Below are positions 1 through 12,802 of a stretch of 64,000 nt of DNA, in pieces; the first letter of the stretch is position 1; the number at the start of each line of letters is the position of its first letter. The stretch comes from Octopus sinensis (lineage: Eukaryota): positions 96,286,001-96,350,000 of the forward strand of contig NC_042997.1 in assembly GCF_006345805.1 (NCBI RefSeq), written 5' to 3'. Made by a program: the position numbers and the translations under genes. The notes beneath the pieces were generated by a model. That model saw nothing but the letters and a program-made list of their open reading frames with translations. It did not search any database and was not told the origin of the DNA.

Positions 1-109
1 TGTTTTTCTTTTTTTTTTGTTTGCATTTTCGAAAAGAAAAGCTCTAAATTTGTTTTTGTCTCCTCTGTGTTCAGCCCTGTGTGGTCAATAAAGTAAATTA
101 TCTGAAGGC

Positions 110-1310
110 GCCAATGCAACGTGTTTCCTGAAGAGAAGTTTGGTGCGATGGAAAATTGAAATTACATCTTACGGAAAAAGCCTGGGCAACCTGGGTATCA
201 GAAGAAGGGTTTTCCAGAGTGATAGCCTATCTCCGTTGCTTTTTGTTCTTTGCATGATACTCCTGAGTTTGGCACTCAGGAAAATGAACATCCCAATCAA
301 TCAACCACCTCCTCTTTATGGATGATTTGAAACTGTATGGCGAGGATGAGACACAAGTGAGTTCCTTGGTGAATACAGTCCACTGTTTTGTACTGATATT
401 TGATTGCAATTTGGTCTCAAGAAGCGCTGAATAATCTACCTAAAAAGAGGCATGGTACAGTTCCTACACAGGGATAGAATTACCGAATAGAGACTTGATT
501 AAACAAATTGAAACGGAAGGATACAAATACCTTAATGTACTAGATTTCAGCGAGATAATGCGAAAGGAAATGAAGGAGCAACTGAGGATGGAGTGTTTCC
601 GAAGACTGAGATTCGTGTTGCGCTCAAAATTGACTGAATCGAATAAAATCTAAACAGTTAATACGTGGGCGGTAGCATCACCTCGGTATAGAGCTGGAAT
701 TATAAAATGGCAAAAGAGAGAAGTGAAGAAAATAGATAACAAGACCGGAAACATGTTGACAGTACACGGAGCCTTCCACCCTAAGAGTGACACCGATAGA
801 CTGTACTTGTCCAGAAGAAAGAGCGGGAGAGGTTTGATGAATTTCCAAGACTCTATCGAAGCAGAAGAAAATATCTTGGTGTGGTATATAAAAAAAATGC
901 CTTGGAGCCACTGTTGAAACACACGAAGGCCTGCGTCATCAAAACTGAAAATTGTGTAACTAAAGAAAAATTTAAACTGGAAATTAACAAAAAAAAATAT
1001 CATGGAAGGGAAAATTGTGCGGTCAGTTTACAAGAGATTTGAACGCCAAGACAGTTACAGAGGATCGGTGGCGATGGATGAGGAGCAGTGACCTGAAGTT
1101 AGAGACAGAAGCACTCATATGCGCAGCTCAGGAACAAACTTTAAGGACCAGCTATATGAAGGGCAGAATACACAATACTACCGATAGACACAACTCCAGA
1201 ATGTGTGGCGAGAGGGGTGAAACGGTATGGTACATAGTTAGCAAATGCTCGAAGTTGCACAATGCAAATAAAAAAAAGACGCCATGACAATCATGACAAT
1301 GTGTCAAGAT
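110..1310 (+). mobile_element. Degenerate R4/Dong-like non-LTR retrotransposon fragment (family D), RT through zinc knuckle
   Basis: Broken-frame motifs GIRRRVFQSDSLSPLLF, (F)MDDLKLY, HPKSDTDRLYLSRRKSGRGL, DLKLETEALICAAQEQ, CRMCGERGETVWYIVSKC and RHD. Many stops and frameshifts; cut off at ~1320 by another repeat. Confidence 0.75.
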
Positions 1311-1324
1311 TGAGTGATGCATCT

Positions 1325-1460
1325 TTTTTTATCTTAAGTTTATACAACAGATATTTTAGTATTAGACTAAAAGTATTTGGATTTTTTCCAAGGAAAAGTT
1401 TGATACTGGCTTTGAAATTTTGACCTCCCAGACATTAAACTGATGACAACTAGGAACCCG
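1325..1460 (-). mobile_element. 3' end of an unclassified poly(A)-tailed repeat
   Basis: Reverse complement aligns to 4977-5118 (CTAGTTGTCATCAGTTTAATGTCTGGGAG...TTTTAGTCTAATA...TAAGAT plus A-run). Confidence 0.6.
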
Positions 1461-1506
1461 ATTGTATGATGCTCCGTTGGGAGCATCATACTCAACAAAA
1501 TAAGCT

Positions 1507-1574
1507 GTGATTTTTGAGATGATGATGATGATGATGATGATGACGACGATGATGACGACGATGATGACGATGAC

Positions 1575-1630
<56 letters not shown>

Positions 1631-1653
1631 CGATGACGATGATGATGATGACG

Positions 1654-1717
<64 letters not shown>

Positions 1718-1745
1718 TAATAATGATGATAATAATAATAATGAT
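1507..1745. repeat. Compound microsatellite (GAT/GAC)n then (AAT)n
   Basis: Directly visible. Confidence 0.95.
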
Positions 1746-2287
1746 CTGATGCAGTACCAGACGGTGTCTCTCATGGCTTCTGATCTTAACTGATTGGAAG
1801 TGTTATCATGTACATTGTTTTATTTTGGTATAAAAGATAGGATACAGCAAATATTCTGCTTAATATCACATATTTGCTTGTCAGTTGTTTGACCTTAACC
1901 AGTTGAGCATGTCCCTTAGTGGCTGACGATATGCGCATCTCTGATCATGAGCAGAAGTAGTGGGGGAGCAACATAGCCGTGTGTTGAAAGGAATTCTTGG
2001 AGGTTTGGATAATTGACCTTTGGTAACATGGGTGGTTCGTTCAACATCCTTAAACTATCCTTATTCAGGGACGTTTTGAGAGGGATGGGTTACTCGTCCA
2101 GAAGAAAATTCTAACTAGGCCCCAGCTGCAAGGTCATGGGCTGTTTATCTTGATATGAGATCACCATGTCGCGCACATATGGTTGTGACGCTTGTGCCTA
2201 GTATACCCTTATCAGACATGATGGATATACTGGGTTTCGTATCTTTTGCCCAGTGTCACTTTGATGGCATGTACTGGTCTCTCACTC

Positions 2288-2288
<1 letters not shown>
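1746..2288 (+). mobile_element. Non-coding interspersed retroposon 'X' with (AAT)n tail
   Basis: Homologous copies at 57990-58294 (+) and 44927-45015 (-). All end at ...CACTCA followed by (AAT)n. Confidence 0.7.
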
Positions 2289-2324
<36 letters not shown>

Positions 2325-2326
<2 letters not shown>

Positions 2327-3034
2327 CAAATTACCAAAAACATGTAATGAAAAGAAATATAACAAGTAACTGCAGAATATGTGGAGATGGACAAGAAACA
2401 ATAAATAATATTATCTCTGGCTGCCTAGTCCTGGCTAAGGACTATATTCACAGACATGACAGAGTTGGAACCTACATACACTGGAAGCTATGCCAACATT
2501 ATGGAATAACAACAGAAAAAAGATGGTATAGGCACACACCAGAAAAGGTCACAGAAAACGAGAAAGCAACCATACTCTGGGATATGCCGATACATACAGA
2601 TAGAGAAATTAAGGCCAACAGACCAGATATAGTTGTCAGAGATCATGAAGAAAAAAAATGCTTTCTAATTGATGTATCAATACCGGCTGATGACAACGTG
2701 TCTCTAAAAGAAATGGAGAAACTCTCAAAATACAAAGACCTGGAAATAGAGGTAACCAGAATGTGGAATCTAAAAACAGAAACAATTCCTATCATAGTAA
2801 GTGCATTAGGCATGATAAAAAAATATTCAGACAAATACATAACAAAATCACCAGGACTTACAAACACATATAACATACAGAAAATTGCACTACTAGGCAC
2901 TGCACACATCCTACGCAGAACACTTTCCATACAGTAACCATCAGAGCATCACAACAAATCACAGCACATACCCAAGGCACACAGAACTGCGCTCGGTAGT
3001 GAAGTGAAAGCACGCTATAAAAATAAAACTACTG
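2325..3034 (+). mobile_element. 5'-truncated Dong-like (R4 clade) element, family B, REL endonuclease end
   Basis: 196-aa ORF 2347-2937 with knuckle remnant CRICGDGQETINNIISGC, RHD, RPDIVV and KLSKYKDL. Near-identical to 54590-55299. (AAT)n on both sides. Confidence 0.9.
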
Positions 3035-3456
3035 AATAATAATAATTTGTGTAAACCCTGCAAAATCGTGTATTATTGAGGTACGCAAGAACAATATACG
3101 TCCAACTGAAATTTAAAAAGCAAATTGCATAGAATCGTTCTCAGTGGAGGAGAAGTGATACGATAGAACAAATGAAATATACACCTTTCGAAAATATTTA
3201 TATAGAAAATGAAAATATCTGCTGAATCCTTTGAACTGTAGATTACAGGGTGCGTACTATCGATCTAACATGCAATGATGGTAACTCGAATTAAATCTGT
3301 ATATTATACATTGGTAATATGATTGAATTATGCTAATATGATGATTCGAATCTGCGAGGTGAGATCTGGTTGACAGCTTAACAAAGAGAGAAAAATATAG
3401 AAGCAATATTCTCATATGCACGCTTCAAATAAGAAAAGAATACGAAACAACTAAGC

Positions 3457-3465
<9 letters not shown>

Positions 3466-3487
<22 letters not shown>

Positions 3488-3552
3488 TAACTACTACTAC
3501 TAATACTAATACTATAACTACTACTGTTGCTACTGTTACTACTACAATAGGC

Positions 3553-3611
<59 letters not shown>

Positions 3612-3612
3612 C
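3466..3612. repeat. (ACT)n tract followed by complementary (AGT)n tract
   Basis: Directly visible. Confidence 0.9.
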
Positions 3613-3768
3613 TACACTAGCAGCAGGAATAACTCTATAAGGAGGAGGAAATAGATAAGAAAATGCAAGCATTATATATATATATATATGTGTGTGCGTG
3701 TGTGTTTGTGCGCGCGCGTTTGTGCGTGTATTTGTGTGTGCGTGTATGTCTATACAGATATAGACATA

Positions 3769-4184
3769 CTCTTTTACCCTTTTACTCTTTTACTTGTTTC
3801 AGTCATTTGACTGCGGCCATGCTGGAGCACCGCCTTTAATCGAGCAACTCGACCCCGGGACTTATTCTTTTGTAAGCCCAGTACTTATTCTATCGGTCTC
3901 TTTTGCCGAGCCGCTAAGTAACGGGGACGTAAACACACCAGCATCGGTTGTCAAGCAATGCTAGGGGGACAAACACAGACACACAAACATACACGCACAC
4001 ATATATATATATACATATATACGACGGGCTTCTTTCAGTTTCCGTCTACCAAATCCACTCACAAGGCTTTGGTTGGCCCGAGGCTATAGTAGAAGACACT
4101 TGCCCAAGATGCCACGCAGTGGGACTGAACCCGGAACCATGTGGTTGGTTAGCAAGCTACTTACCACACAGCCACTCCTGCGCC
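3769..4184 (-). mobile_element. tRNA-derived SINE family A (CORE-like domain), full length, young
   Basis: Reverse complement has A-box TGGCTGTGTGG, B-box-like GGTTCAGTCCC, a CTTGGGCAAGTGTCTTC block, an internal TA/TG tract and a GTAAAAGA tail. Near-identical to 34938-35350. Confidence 0.9.
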
Positions 4185-4949
4185 TATGTATACATTTTAC
4201 ACAAACACACACAAGCACACACATACACTCGCATGTACATACGGTGGTATGATGGTCACGAAGTATCGAAGAATGGAGTTGCAATCGGAGCAAAAACGGA
4301 AGACACTAGGTTATGTCCGCACATTCAATGTGCAATGAGAAAATTCCGTGACTTCTAGCTCACCCTCTACATATATATGCGGGGCTGTGTGTGTATGTCT
4401 CTATATGTGAGCGTGAGCATATGTATTTTCTATGTAAGTGTGCATGTATACAAATATCTATGTATGTGTGTGTAAACTTGTAAGTATGAATGTATGTGTG
4501 TACGTCGCCGGATACCTCGTAAGCAGCGAATTGCATTCTGTCAACATCTTATCTTGAGAACGATAAATCATGTGGAATCTAACAGAATAACAATCGATGA
4601 GTGTCTCCACCTTTCAAAGAAAAAGTGGCAAGTATCTTTCAGACAAGACCTAGCGAGACGAAGTTCATTTGCTTGGGTTATTATAAGCATCAATCGTAGC
4701 TTGTGTGTTGTAGATTCATAAATATATGTATTTTACTTGGTAGGATTGCTTCTCTTTACACCATACCGCACTTCACTTTTTCCAAGTTAATGATATATCT
4801 GCACATAGCCATATACACGTATACATATATATATATGTCTGTGTATTTAAATATTTTATGTGTGTATTTGTAGGGAGAGAGAGAGAGAGAGAGGGAGAGA
4901 AAGAAAGAATTATGCACGCATATGTGTAAATATATTAATTTTACAAGGA

Positions 4950-5118
4950 AATGACAAGCCGTGACTTCCAAGTTTCTGGTTGCTAGTTGTCATCAGTTTA
5001 ATGTCTGGGAGAAGGTCAAAGTTTCGAAGCCAGTATCAAAGTTCTTCTTGGGAAAAATCCATATACTTTTAGTCTAATATTAAAATATCTTTTGTATAAG
5101 ATTAAAATAAAAAAAAAA
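4950..5118 (+). mobile_element. 3' end of the same poly(A)-tailed repeat as 1325-1460
   Basis: Alignment by eye; ends in AAAATAAAAAAAAAA. Confidence 0.6.
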
Positions 5119-5226
5119 CAAGTTCACACACGTATGTATACATAGATTTCTACCTACTTACATACACACATACATACATGCCTGCCTACCTACCTATATA
5201 CATACATAAATACACACACACACACG

Positions 5227-5295
<69 letters not shown>

Positions 5296-6329
5296 CAGGT
5301 ACACACATATACATATATGTTTGTGTGTTTTGCGTATGTTTGCGTGTATTTCCCTGTTTGTATATATTTATGTGCAAGCCGGTCACTCTTAGCCCTGTAC
5401 ATCAATTTTATACTATCAATCTTCCGGCGTAAACTAGGGAGCAGAACAACTTGACAAGATCTATTGCTTATCAACCGGTGCTTCTCTTATCCACTCTCTG
5501 ACATAAAAACGTCTTGACAAAGATTTGAAGAACATGTCGTCAACACATTTCAGAACTCGTTTCAAGTAATCTCATCCACGCTAATAGAAATAGACCTCCA
5601 AAAGAGGAAGTTGATCACTCATCAAGAAAATCAAAGGACTAAATAAAATTATCAATCAATTAAAATACTGCAAGCACAAACACACTTGAGTTGAAAAACT
5701 ATCATCATTAGAACATGAAAATATGCATCAACAACCAAAGGGCCGCAGAGAATGGCGCATTTATTTTTTAAAAAATAGGACAAACAGGACCCCAAAGTGT
5801 TCTATTCATTTCCCAATAAACATTGACTTGCTGTCTCACCCTTCTGTTCGCTAATTAATAATAATGTTCTCCACCATGATAAAGAACTAGTAATGATTCT
5901 GCAGAAACACTATAGTTCAGTCTTCAGAACTATTTGATCCAAATTGGGTTTAACTTGCATTATTTCAATGAAGTCAACCAGCAAAATATCATTTCTAGAA
6001 TAAAGCTCACTGCTTCACACATCATTGTAACAATAAACAAAGCAATATCCTGTATTCGGCCCAGGTATATTTCTTGCTTGTATCTTGAAGGAATACTGAC
6101 ACCAAATTGCATCACTTGTAACCAACCTCTGTCAAAAATCTTTAGTTTCGGGCTATATGTCTAACCATTTCTTATTCCAGTCAATATGCTAATCTTCAAA
6201 CATGAAAATAGTTCACTTGCAATTACCTGTCGTCCAATCTCACTCACCGGTCATATGAAATTAAATTTAAAGGATGATAAAATCAAGAATAACGTGCTTC
6301 TTGAAGAGTAACAGTCCCCTAAAGTACAA

Positions 6330-7150
6330 GCAGATTGGCTTTCGTTACCGAGAGACTGTCTGAGACAGCTTCTGCATCGCATTGATGTCGTCCTTAAAAT
6401 TTTGGAAGTAAGCTCGAACATTGATGGTATATGTTGATTTCAGAAAATCCCTCGACAGAGTCGATCACAACATCCTACTATTAAAACTGCTCAACAATAG
6501 AATTCATGGAAAACTGCTGGCATGAACCAAGTATTTTCTAGTGAAGAGAACCTATCTTGTGTCCCGTGGAATCCACCAGGGTTCAGCAAAGGTCACCAGT
6601 GGTGTTCCCCAAGGGACTGAGCTGGACCCATATCTCTTCAAAGTGTATATATACTAGATCTTAAATGTTATCAAGGACAGCGAAAGTAAAATTCGCAGAG
6701 ACGCCAAAATTCAAAAGCACATCAGCCGAGAATTCCAATCCCTTTCACATACAGTAATGCCGTTACGCAGAAACAACAGGATGGCAAATTTGAACTCAAA
6801 CATCTTGGAAAAGAAAATAGGCTTCAGAGAACAACCCATAATATCCAAATATACCATTGACTTCGGAATAATTGTTGACGGCAAACATAGACGGAGCGCT
6901 CACATCACCAATAAAATTGATAACGCTTGCAAAATGAGTTCCTGTGTCCTCTGAATTATCCGGTTCAGCGAGTCGGATGTAACCACCACTATCTTTCTCG
7001 GTACGGGCGCCCCTAGAATACTGTCTCCCCACTTCCTGTGGTCTCTCTTTACGAAACAAAGTATTATGGTAATTGAGGCACCTCAGAGACTAACTACCAA
7101 ACCATAAATTTATGCTGTGGATGATTTTGGTCATTGGAAGCGCCTTAAAA
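6330..7150 (+). mobile_element. Highly degenerate CR1/Jockey-superfamily RT remnant
   Basis: Broken-frame motifs QIGFR, KVTSGVPQGTELDPYLFKVY and DFGIIVDG...AHI.NKIDNACKMSSCVL. Confidence 0.55.
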
Positions 7151-7869
7151 CACTAAAACCTATTCTCTCCATTCACAAAATGTGATGAATATACCACTAG
7201 CATTGCTTAAACGACATTAGCATCATATTTACTATTCATCCAAGACTGAAACACCCAACCAGACGGCTCCTACACAACTCAGGCTTATGACACATAACCA
7301 CACAGCAGCACCATTACTTTTCCTCAACTTGCCCTGTTCTATTTAATACTATTTCAAATTAAATCGAAGAAGAAAAATCATATAACCTTCAAACGATATT
7401 TAGATAAACCACCTATACCTATGAGCAGCTCAGTTCACAACTCCCTACTTGAAAATGGTATGATGCCTCAAATCTTAATAAAGAAAATTACTTGAGAGTT
7501 GAAGTGGTGCTATTAATTTCGGCAAGATCTGACCCAATTTTTGCTGAAATATATCTAAATTTATCTAAGTTATACATATATATATATAATTTGTTACTTC
7601 TAATTTTGTTTCTGAAATTTTCATATCCGTAGGTTATCCTTAATTTAGTCATCTGAGAAGAATGCATTGTCATAAGAAAGTGTTCCAGCGTAAAGCTAAA
7701 TCCGATGTCGTGACTATTGGGAGTTCCAAAGTTATGAATGGTTTTGTGATACGATAAACTATCGGTACAAACAACTACTTAAAGTTTATTAATCAAAACC
7801 ATTAAACAACCCAGCACACGAACTTACAATGTAGAACAAATACACATAATAGTATAAAATTATGCCAAA

Positions 7870-8056
7870 AGGGCAACCATTTTAGAGGAGAGGATAAGTC
7901 GATTACATCAAACTAAATGTTTTACTGGTACTTAATTTATAGACCTCAAAAGGATGAAAGGCAAAGTCGGAATTTGGACTCAGAACGTAGCGATAAACGA
8001 AATACCTCTAAGCATCTCGCCTGGCTTGCTAACGATTCTGCCAGCTCACCGCCTTA
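7870..8056 (-). mobile_element. tRNA-derived SINE family B
   Basis: Reverse complement GGCGGTGAGCTGGCAGAATCGTTAGC head and GACTTTGCCTTTCATCC...AAGTACCAG core, shared with many copies in the window. Confidence 0.7.
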
Positions 8057-8649
8057 GAACAAATACACATCGTGACATTAACCAAGAACCGCAAGTAATA
8101 ACAAAAAGACTCAAACTGGCAACGAAATTGCAGAGTTTATCTCACTGCAGGACATATATAGCCCCTATAAAGAACAAACTTTTACCTAGAAACCGTTAAT
8201 GCATTCTAACATAGCTGCGAAAGATACACTGGATAAGGTTAGCAAATACATACTTAGCCGAAAAAATGATGCAATTTAAAAATTCTACTAGTCTAAAGTT
8301 GAATAACTCGAGAGTTAAATAGTTTAACGAAATAATTTGCTCTTAAGCTGCAATTTTATTAGAACAGTATTAATGAGTCATTATATGCCACTTGATATTG
8401 TTCTGAAAGGGTGCAGGTGCGTAATCAAATTTCATTTATTTTTCTTTCGCAAATTTAATTGTTGATTCCCTAGTTCGGCCATAGACAAGTATATAAATGA
8501 AGCTCTATTTCCAACATATAAGCGCGTACGGTCTACAGAGGATAAGGAATAATTTAATTATGACTTTCAAGGTATTTAGACTAATTGTTTATGTAATTAC
8601 TAACTTCTCAATTGTGGAACTTCTAGACGTAACTTCAAGTCATAATGTA

Positions 8650-9015
8650 GGTGCAGACGTGGTTGTGTGGTAAGAAGCTCTTGGTTCCGGGTTCGGTCCT
8701 ACTGCATCATACTTTGCGCAAGTGTCTTCTACTACAACATCGGACCGACTAAAGCCTCATGAGTGGGTTTGGTAGAGCGAAACTGAAAGACGCCCGTCGT
8801 GTGTGTGTGTGTTTGTCGCCCACCACCGCTTGACAACTGTTGCTGGCGTGTTTACTCCTACGTAACTTAGCGGTTCGGCATTAGAGAACGATAACATAAG
8901 TACCAGGCTTAAATTAAAAAGAATACGCACTGGGATTGGTTTATTCGGTTAAAAGTTGTTCAAAGGCAGTGCCCAAATATGACCGCGGTCTAATTATTGA
9001 AACTCGTTACAGATA
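8650..9015 (+). mobile_element. SINE family A, older diverged copy
   Basis: GGTGCAGACGTGGTTGTGTGGTAAG head, GCAAGTGTCTTCTAC and TAACTTAGCGGTTCGGCA. Confidence 0.8.
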
Positions 9016-9977
9016 AAAAAAATAAAACATAACAGTAATTAGTAAAGAAAGCAACATTTAAACTGACAGAAACTCTAACTTTTACACCACATCCATTTGC
9101 ATAAGAACCTCCAGCATATATTCAGATAGCATTAACTTAGTGCTGCAAGCTATTATGGAAAAGATATGGGGAATAATAGTGGATTCACGAAAGGATTAAG
9201 GGTATTTACTAAACTGATATAGCTGAAAGATTATTGAACCTGAAAAATGTCACTTTACAACAATCTCGTTTAATACTCTGTTGAATGTGAACAGCTTTTT
9301 AAACTGAATCTGAAATTATTACACCAAAGGTCATAAAGATTCCAAATTATGAAAATTTAAAAGTCTCCAATAGTTGCACGGCTAATTTGGTGAACATCGC
9401 CGCTGGCAATAAGTGCTGTAAACCACCTTGTATGTCAGTCAAGAATTCTATTAACAATCAACATAAAGGTAATCTGAACACTTTCAAATTCTCCTTTTGC
9501 TTCTTCGATAAGTTAAATCTTAATCATTAATCTCCCACCCCAAGGGCAAAACCTGATAATCCTATAAATGCTCAACGGGAATGTGAGAGCAGCATTAAAA
9601 ACTGATATTTTAATTAAAACAGATATAGTATATTATCCAGTATATAATAGTGATATTTTCATTATAATCTACACACAACTGAAGTTTAGCGAAAATATAA
9701 ATTTACTGCTCCTCCCTAAATACTTCATCCTCAACAATGCTTCTGACTCTTTAAATAGAAGATGAATACTAACATAAAAGTCTGTGAGACAGTATAGAAC
9801 ATTTTGTGAAATTTCAACGGTATCATTTCATGAGACTTAAAATCTAGATTTCAAAATATCCAATCAAATTTTCGAATGATTTGTGATGATAAAATGTGTC
9901 TGTGTGTCAGTGTGTATGTATGTGTGTATATGTTTGTATGTGTATAGATATGTACATAAGAAATATATATATATATA

Positions 9978-10009
<32 letters not shown>

Positions 10010-10679
10010 TTATTTATGTATGTGTATTTTTCCAATGTGTAAAAATAACACGAAAAAATAAATAAATAGTTACCAGGGTAGCGAAACTTCACATAAGCAA
10101 CAAGGATGGATGTAAAAGGCTACTTATAAAGGTAGAAATTTCAGGGTTTAATGAAATGTTTTTGATACCATAGATAAATAAATAAATGAAGTTAAACGCA
10201 GGTGTTATTAAAATCTTCATACTTCCGACTTATTTTACGAAGAAAAAAACTGGTATTATACCAGGAGGAATATAATGATGTAACAACGCGATCAGAGAAA
10301 AAAGGGAGAAACAAAACACACCAATAAGACATTTAAACCGAAAGTGATTAATGCATTTATGATGAAGGGAACGGTGGTACGTTATTAAAAAAACTTTAAT
10401 AGATACGTCAAAGGCAATTTATAGAAAGCGAAGGAGGAAGAAATAAACAGAAAACTATGAGTGGAGAAATATAGTGCGACAGGTCAATAGGAATAAAGAT
10501 TAAAGGCGTGGAAATAGATATATTTAGTGGGAATGAAATGTAAGAAGACAGTTAACGGTCGAATTTTATAGACTCGTAAAAATAACTTAGCAGCGTCCTC
10601 TTCATCATATATACAGTAATCACATTCGGTAAAAATATCTTCTTGATGCGTTCATGTTTCTGTTTTATATGTCACGTGA

Positions 10680-11164
10680 CCGCTGGCCGAAATCTGCCTT
10701 TCAGCTTTCCACCAGCGACGTGTTAACATCGTTGTTTTCGTCCGCCGCCAAGGCATCGCCGATAAGGCTCCTTTCCATTGCGCCAGAGAAAATTTGTTTG
10801 CTTGTTATCAGTCGTAAGACACTTGTTGTTTTCACCGTTAATGCTTCTGTATTTCATGTTTCTGTATTCCATTATTGTTTTTTGCTTTTTTTATATTCGT
10901 CTCTTTTGCTGTCCCGGTGTTCGTATGCATTCGATCCTTCTTCCAGGAAATCTACGCTCCCAGCTTAGTTTTTCTAATGCTCGTTGCTTAGTTTTTCTTG
11001 GAGGGCTGGCCGTGATCTAGTAATCTCAAGATTAATCAGCCGAAATTACTACGATGATCCGGTTCTTGACTGAAGACTGAGGGTTTCGAATGTCCTGTCG
11101 GTGTTTATTGTATCGTCTTCTAAGAGTTATACGTTTTTGTCCATGTTGTATTTTTCTACATACC

Positions 11165-11165
<1 letters not shown>
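10680..11165 (+). mobile_element. Unclassified GC-richer repeat ending in (TA)n, possibly a PLE-type tail
   Basis: Composition shift against the flanks and run-out into (TA)n like the PLE tails. No second copy seen in the window. Confidence 0.25.
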
Positions 11166-11167
<2 letters not shown>

Positions 11168-11229
<62 letters not shown>

Positions 11230-11410
11230 CTAAAAATGAAAAAATGCATCTTAAATACAGGACATCACCAACAAGCGAAAAATACATAAACGCACAACGA
11301 GAGTCAAGCACGGGAGAAAATACTAAAAGAAGTTGTTGACTGTTTATTTCTACCTATATACGTATATCAATATATATATATAACTATATATATGTATAGA
11401 TATGTATAGC

Positions 11411-11462
<52 letters not shown>

Positions 11463-11474
11463 ATATATAATATA

Positions 11475-11522
<48 letters not shown>

Positions 11523-11600
11523 CACATATATATATATAATTAAATATATATGATGTACATATGCATGTATGTGTGTATGTGTACATATGTATGTATGTAT
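11168..11600. repeat. (TA)n-rich microsatellite cluster
   Basis: Directly visible. Similar tracts at 5245-5290, 13380-13420, 13620-13770, 37420-37487, 50308-50371 and 63760-64000. Confidence 0.95.
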
Positions 11601-12069
11601 ATGTGTATTTATGCATCTGAATGTACAGCTCTCATATTGCATCCGAAGAATAGCCAACCACTTGACTGCATATGACTAAGTCAAAAATACATTATAAGCT
11701 TATAAAAGGATCTGCAATCTTCTGTAGAATCAAGCAACATACGTCCTCCATGGAATCAAACAGGTTTTTTTTTTCCTCTACTTTCGCCTGTCTACCATTC
11801 TTTCTACCTTGTTACTGAATTAACTTGATCTTTCAAATTTTCCTTTCTATACGTTTAAATTTTTTTCATACCTTCCTTATCACTCTACCTCCCGTAAACG
11901 TAGATGTACAAATATTCAAACTGATACAGTCACTTACTTTATCAGTCTTGCAGAGCAAACAAAGCAATAAACTTGGACACCGTTGCTTGACTGCTATGGG
12001 AGACACCCTTCGGTCAGGATGTAGGATGAACTTTTTCGAAAAAAATTTTATCAATGGCCAGCATTTTAA

Positions 12070-12802
12070 AAAATATATAAATATGCATCATTGTCTATCT
12101 CCACCTATACATATACATATACATATATACTTATGTGTGTGAGTGCGTGAATGTCTGTGTGCGTGTGTGTGTATATGTGTGATGTATGAGTACGTGTGTG
12201 TGTGTGTGTACAAATGTTTTTAATTATGTTTTCATAAAAGCAAAAGAATACAATTTATAAATAAAACCAAAACATGGGGTTGCACCTAGAAAGTTACCCT
12301 CCGAGGTACAAGTCCGGGCAAGGTTGTTTATGGAAGGCCAGCAGTCGCCCATGCATACCAGCCACCCCACTCCTCACCACTGATGTTATCCAAGGGAAAG
12401 ACAAAGGCCGATACAGCTTGGCACCAGTGATGTCGCAATTCATTTCTACAGCTGAGCTAACTGGAACAACGTGAAATAAAGTGTCTTGCTCAAGAACACA
12501 ACACGCAGTCCGGTGCAGGAATCGAACACACAACCTCATGATCATAAGCTCGACACCCTAACCACTGAGCCATGCGCCTTCACTTGACTGCTACTACACC
12601 ATGAAAATATATAAATATGCATCATTGTCTATCTCCATCTATACATATACATATACATATATACTTATGTGTGTGAGTGCGTGAATGTCTGTGTGCGTGT
12701 GTGTGTATATGTGTGATGTATGAGTACGTGTGTGTGTACAAATGTTTTTAATTATGTTTTCATAAAAGCAAAAGAATACAATTTATAAATAAAACCAAAA
12801 CA
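12070..12802 (+). repeat. ~200-bp direct repeat pair (12070-12274 and 12604-12802) flanking a SINE
   Basis: Near-identical text AAAATATATAAATATGCATC...AAAACCAAAACA on both sides, differing by one substitution and in TG-tract length. Confidence 0.95.
12275..12583 (-). mobile_element. tRNA-derived SINE family C
   Basis: Reverse complement GGCGCATGGCTCAGTGGTTAGGG (A-box), GTTCGATTCC (B-box) and CTTGAGCAAGACAC core. Confidence 0.85.

Noticed and set aside
5934-6164. Possible I/Nimb-like C-terminal knuckle (PNCITCNQPLS)
   Set aside because: Only a CXXC-like remnant, too weak to call.
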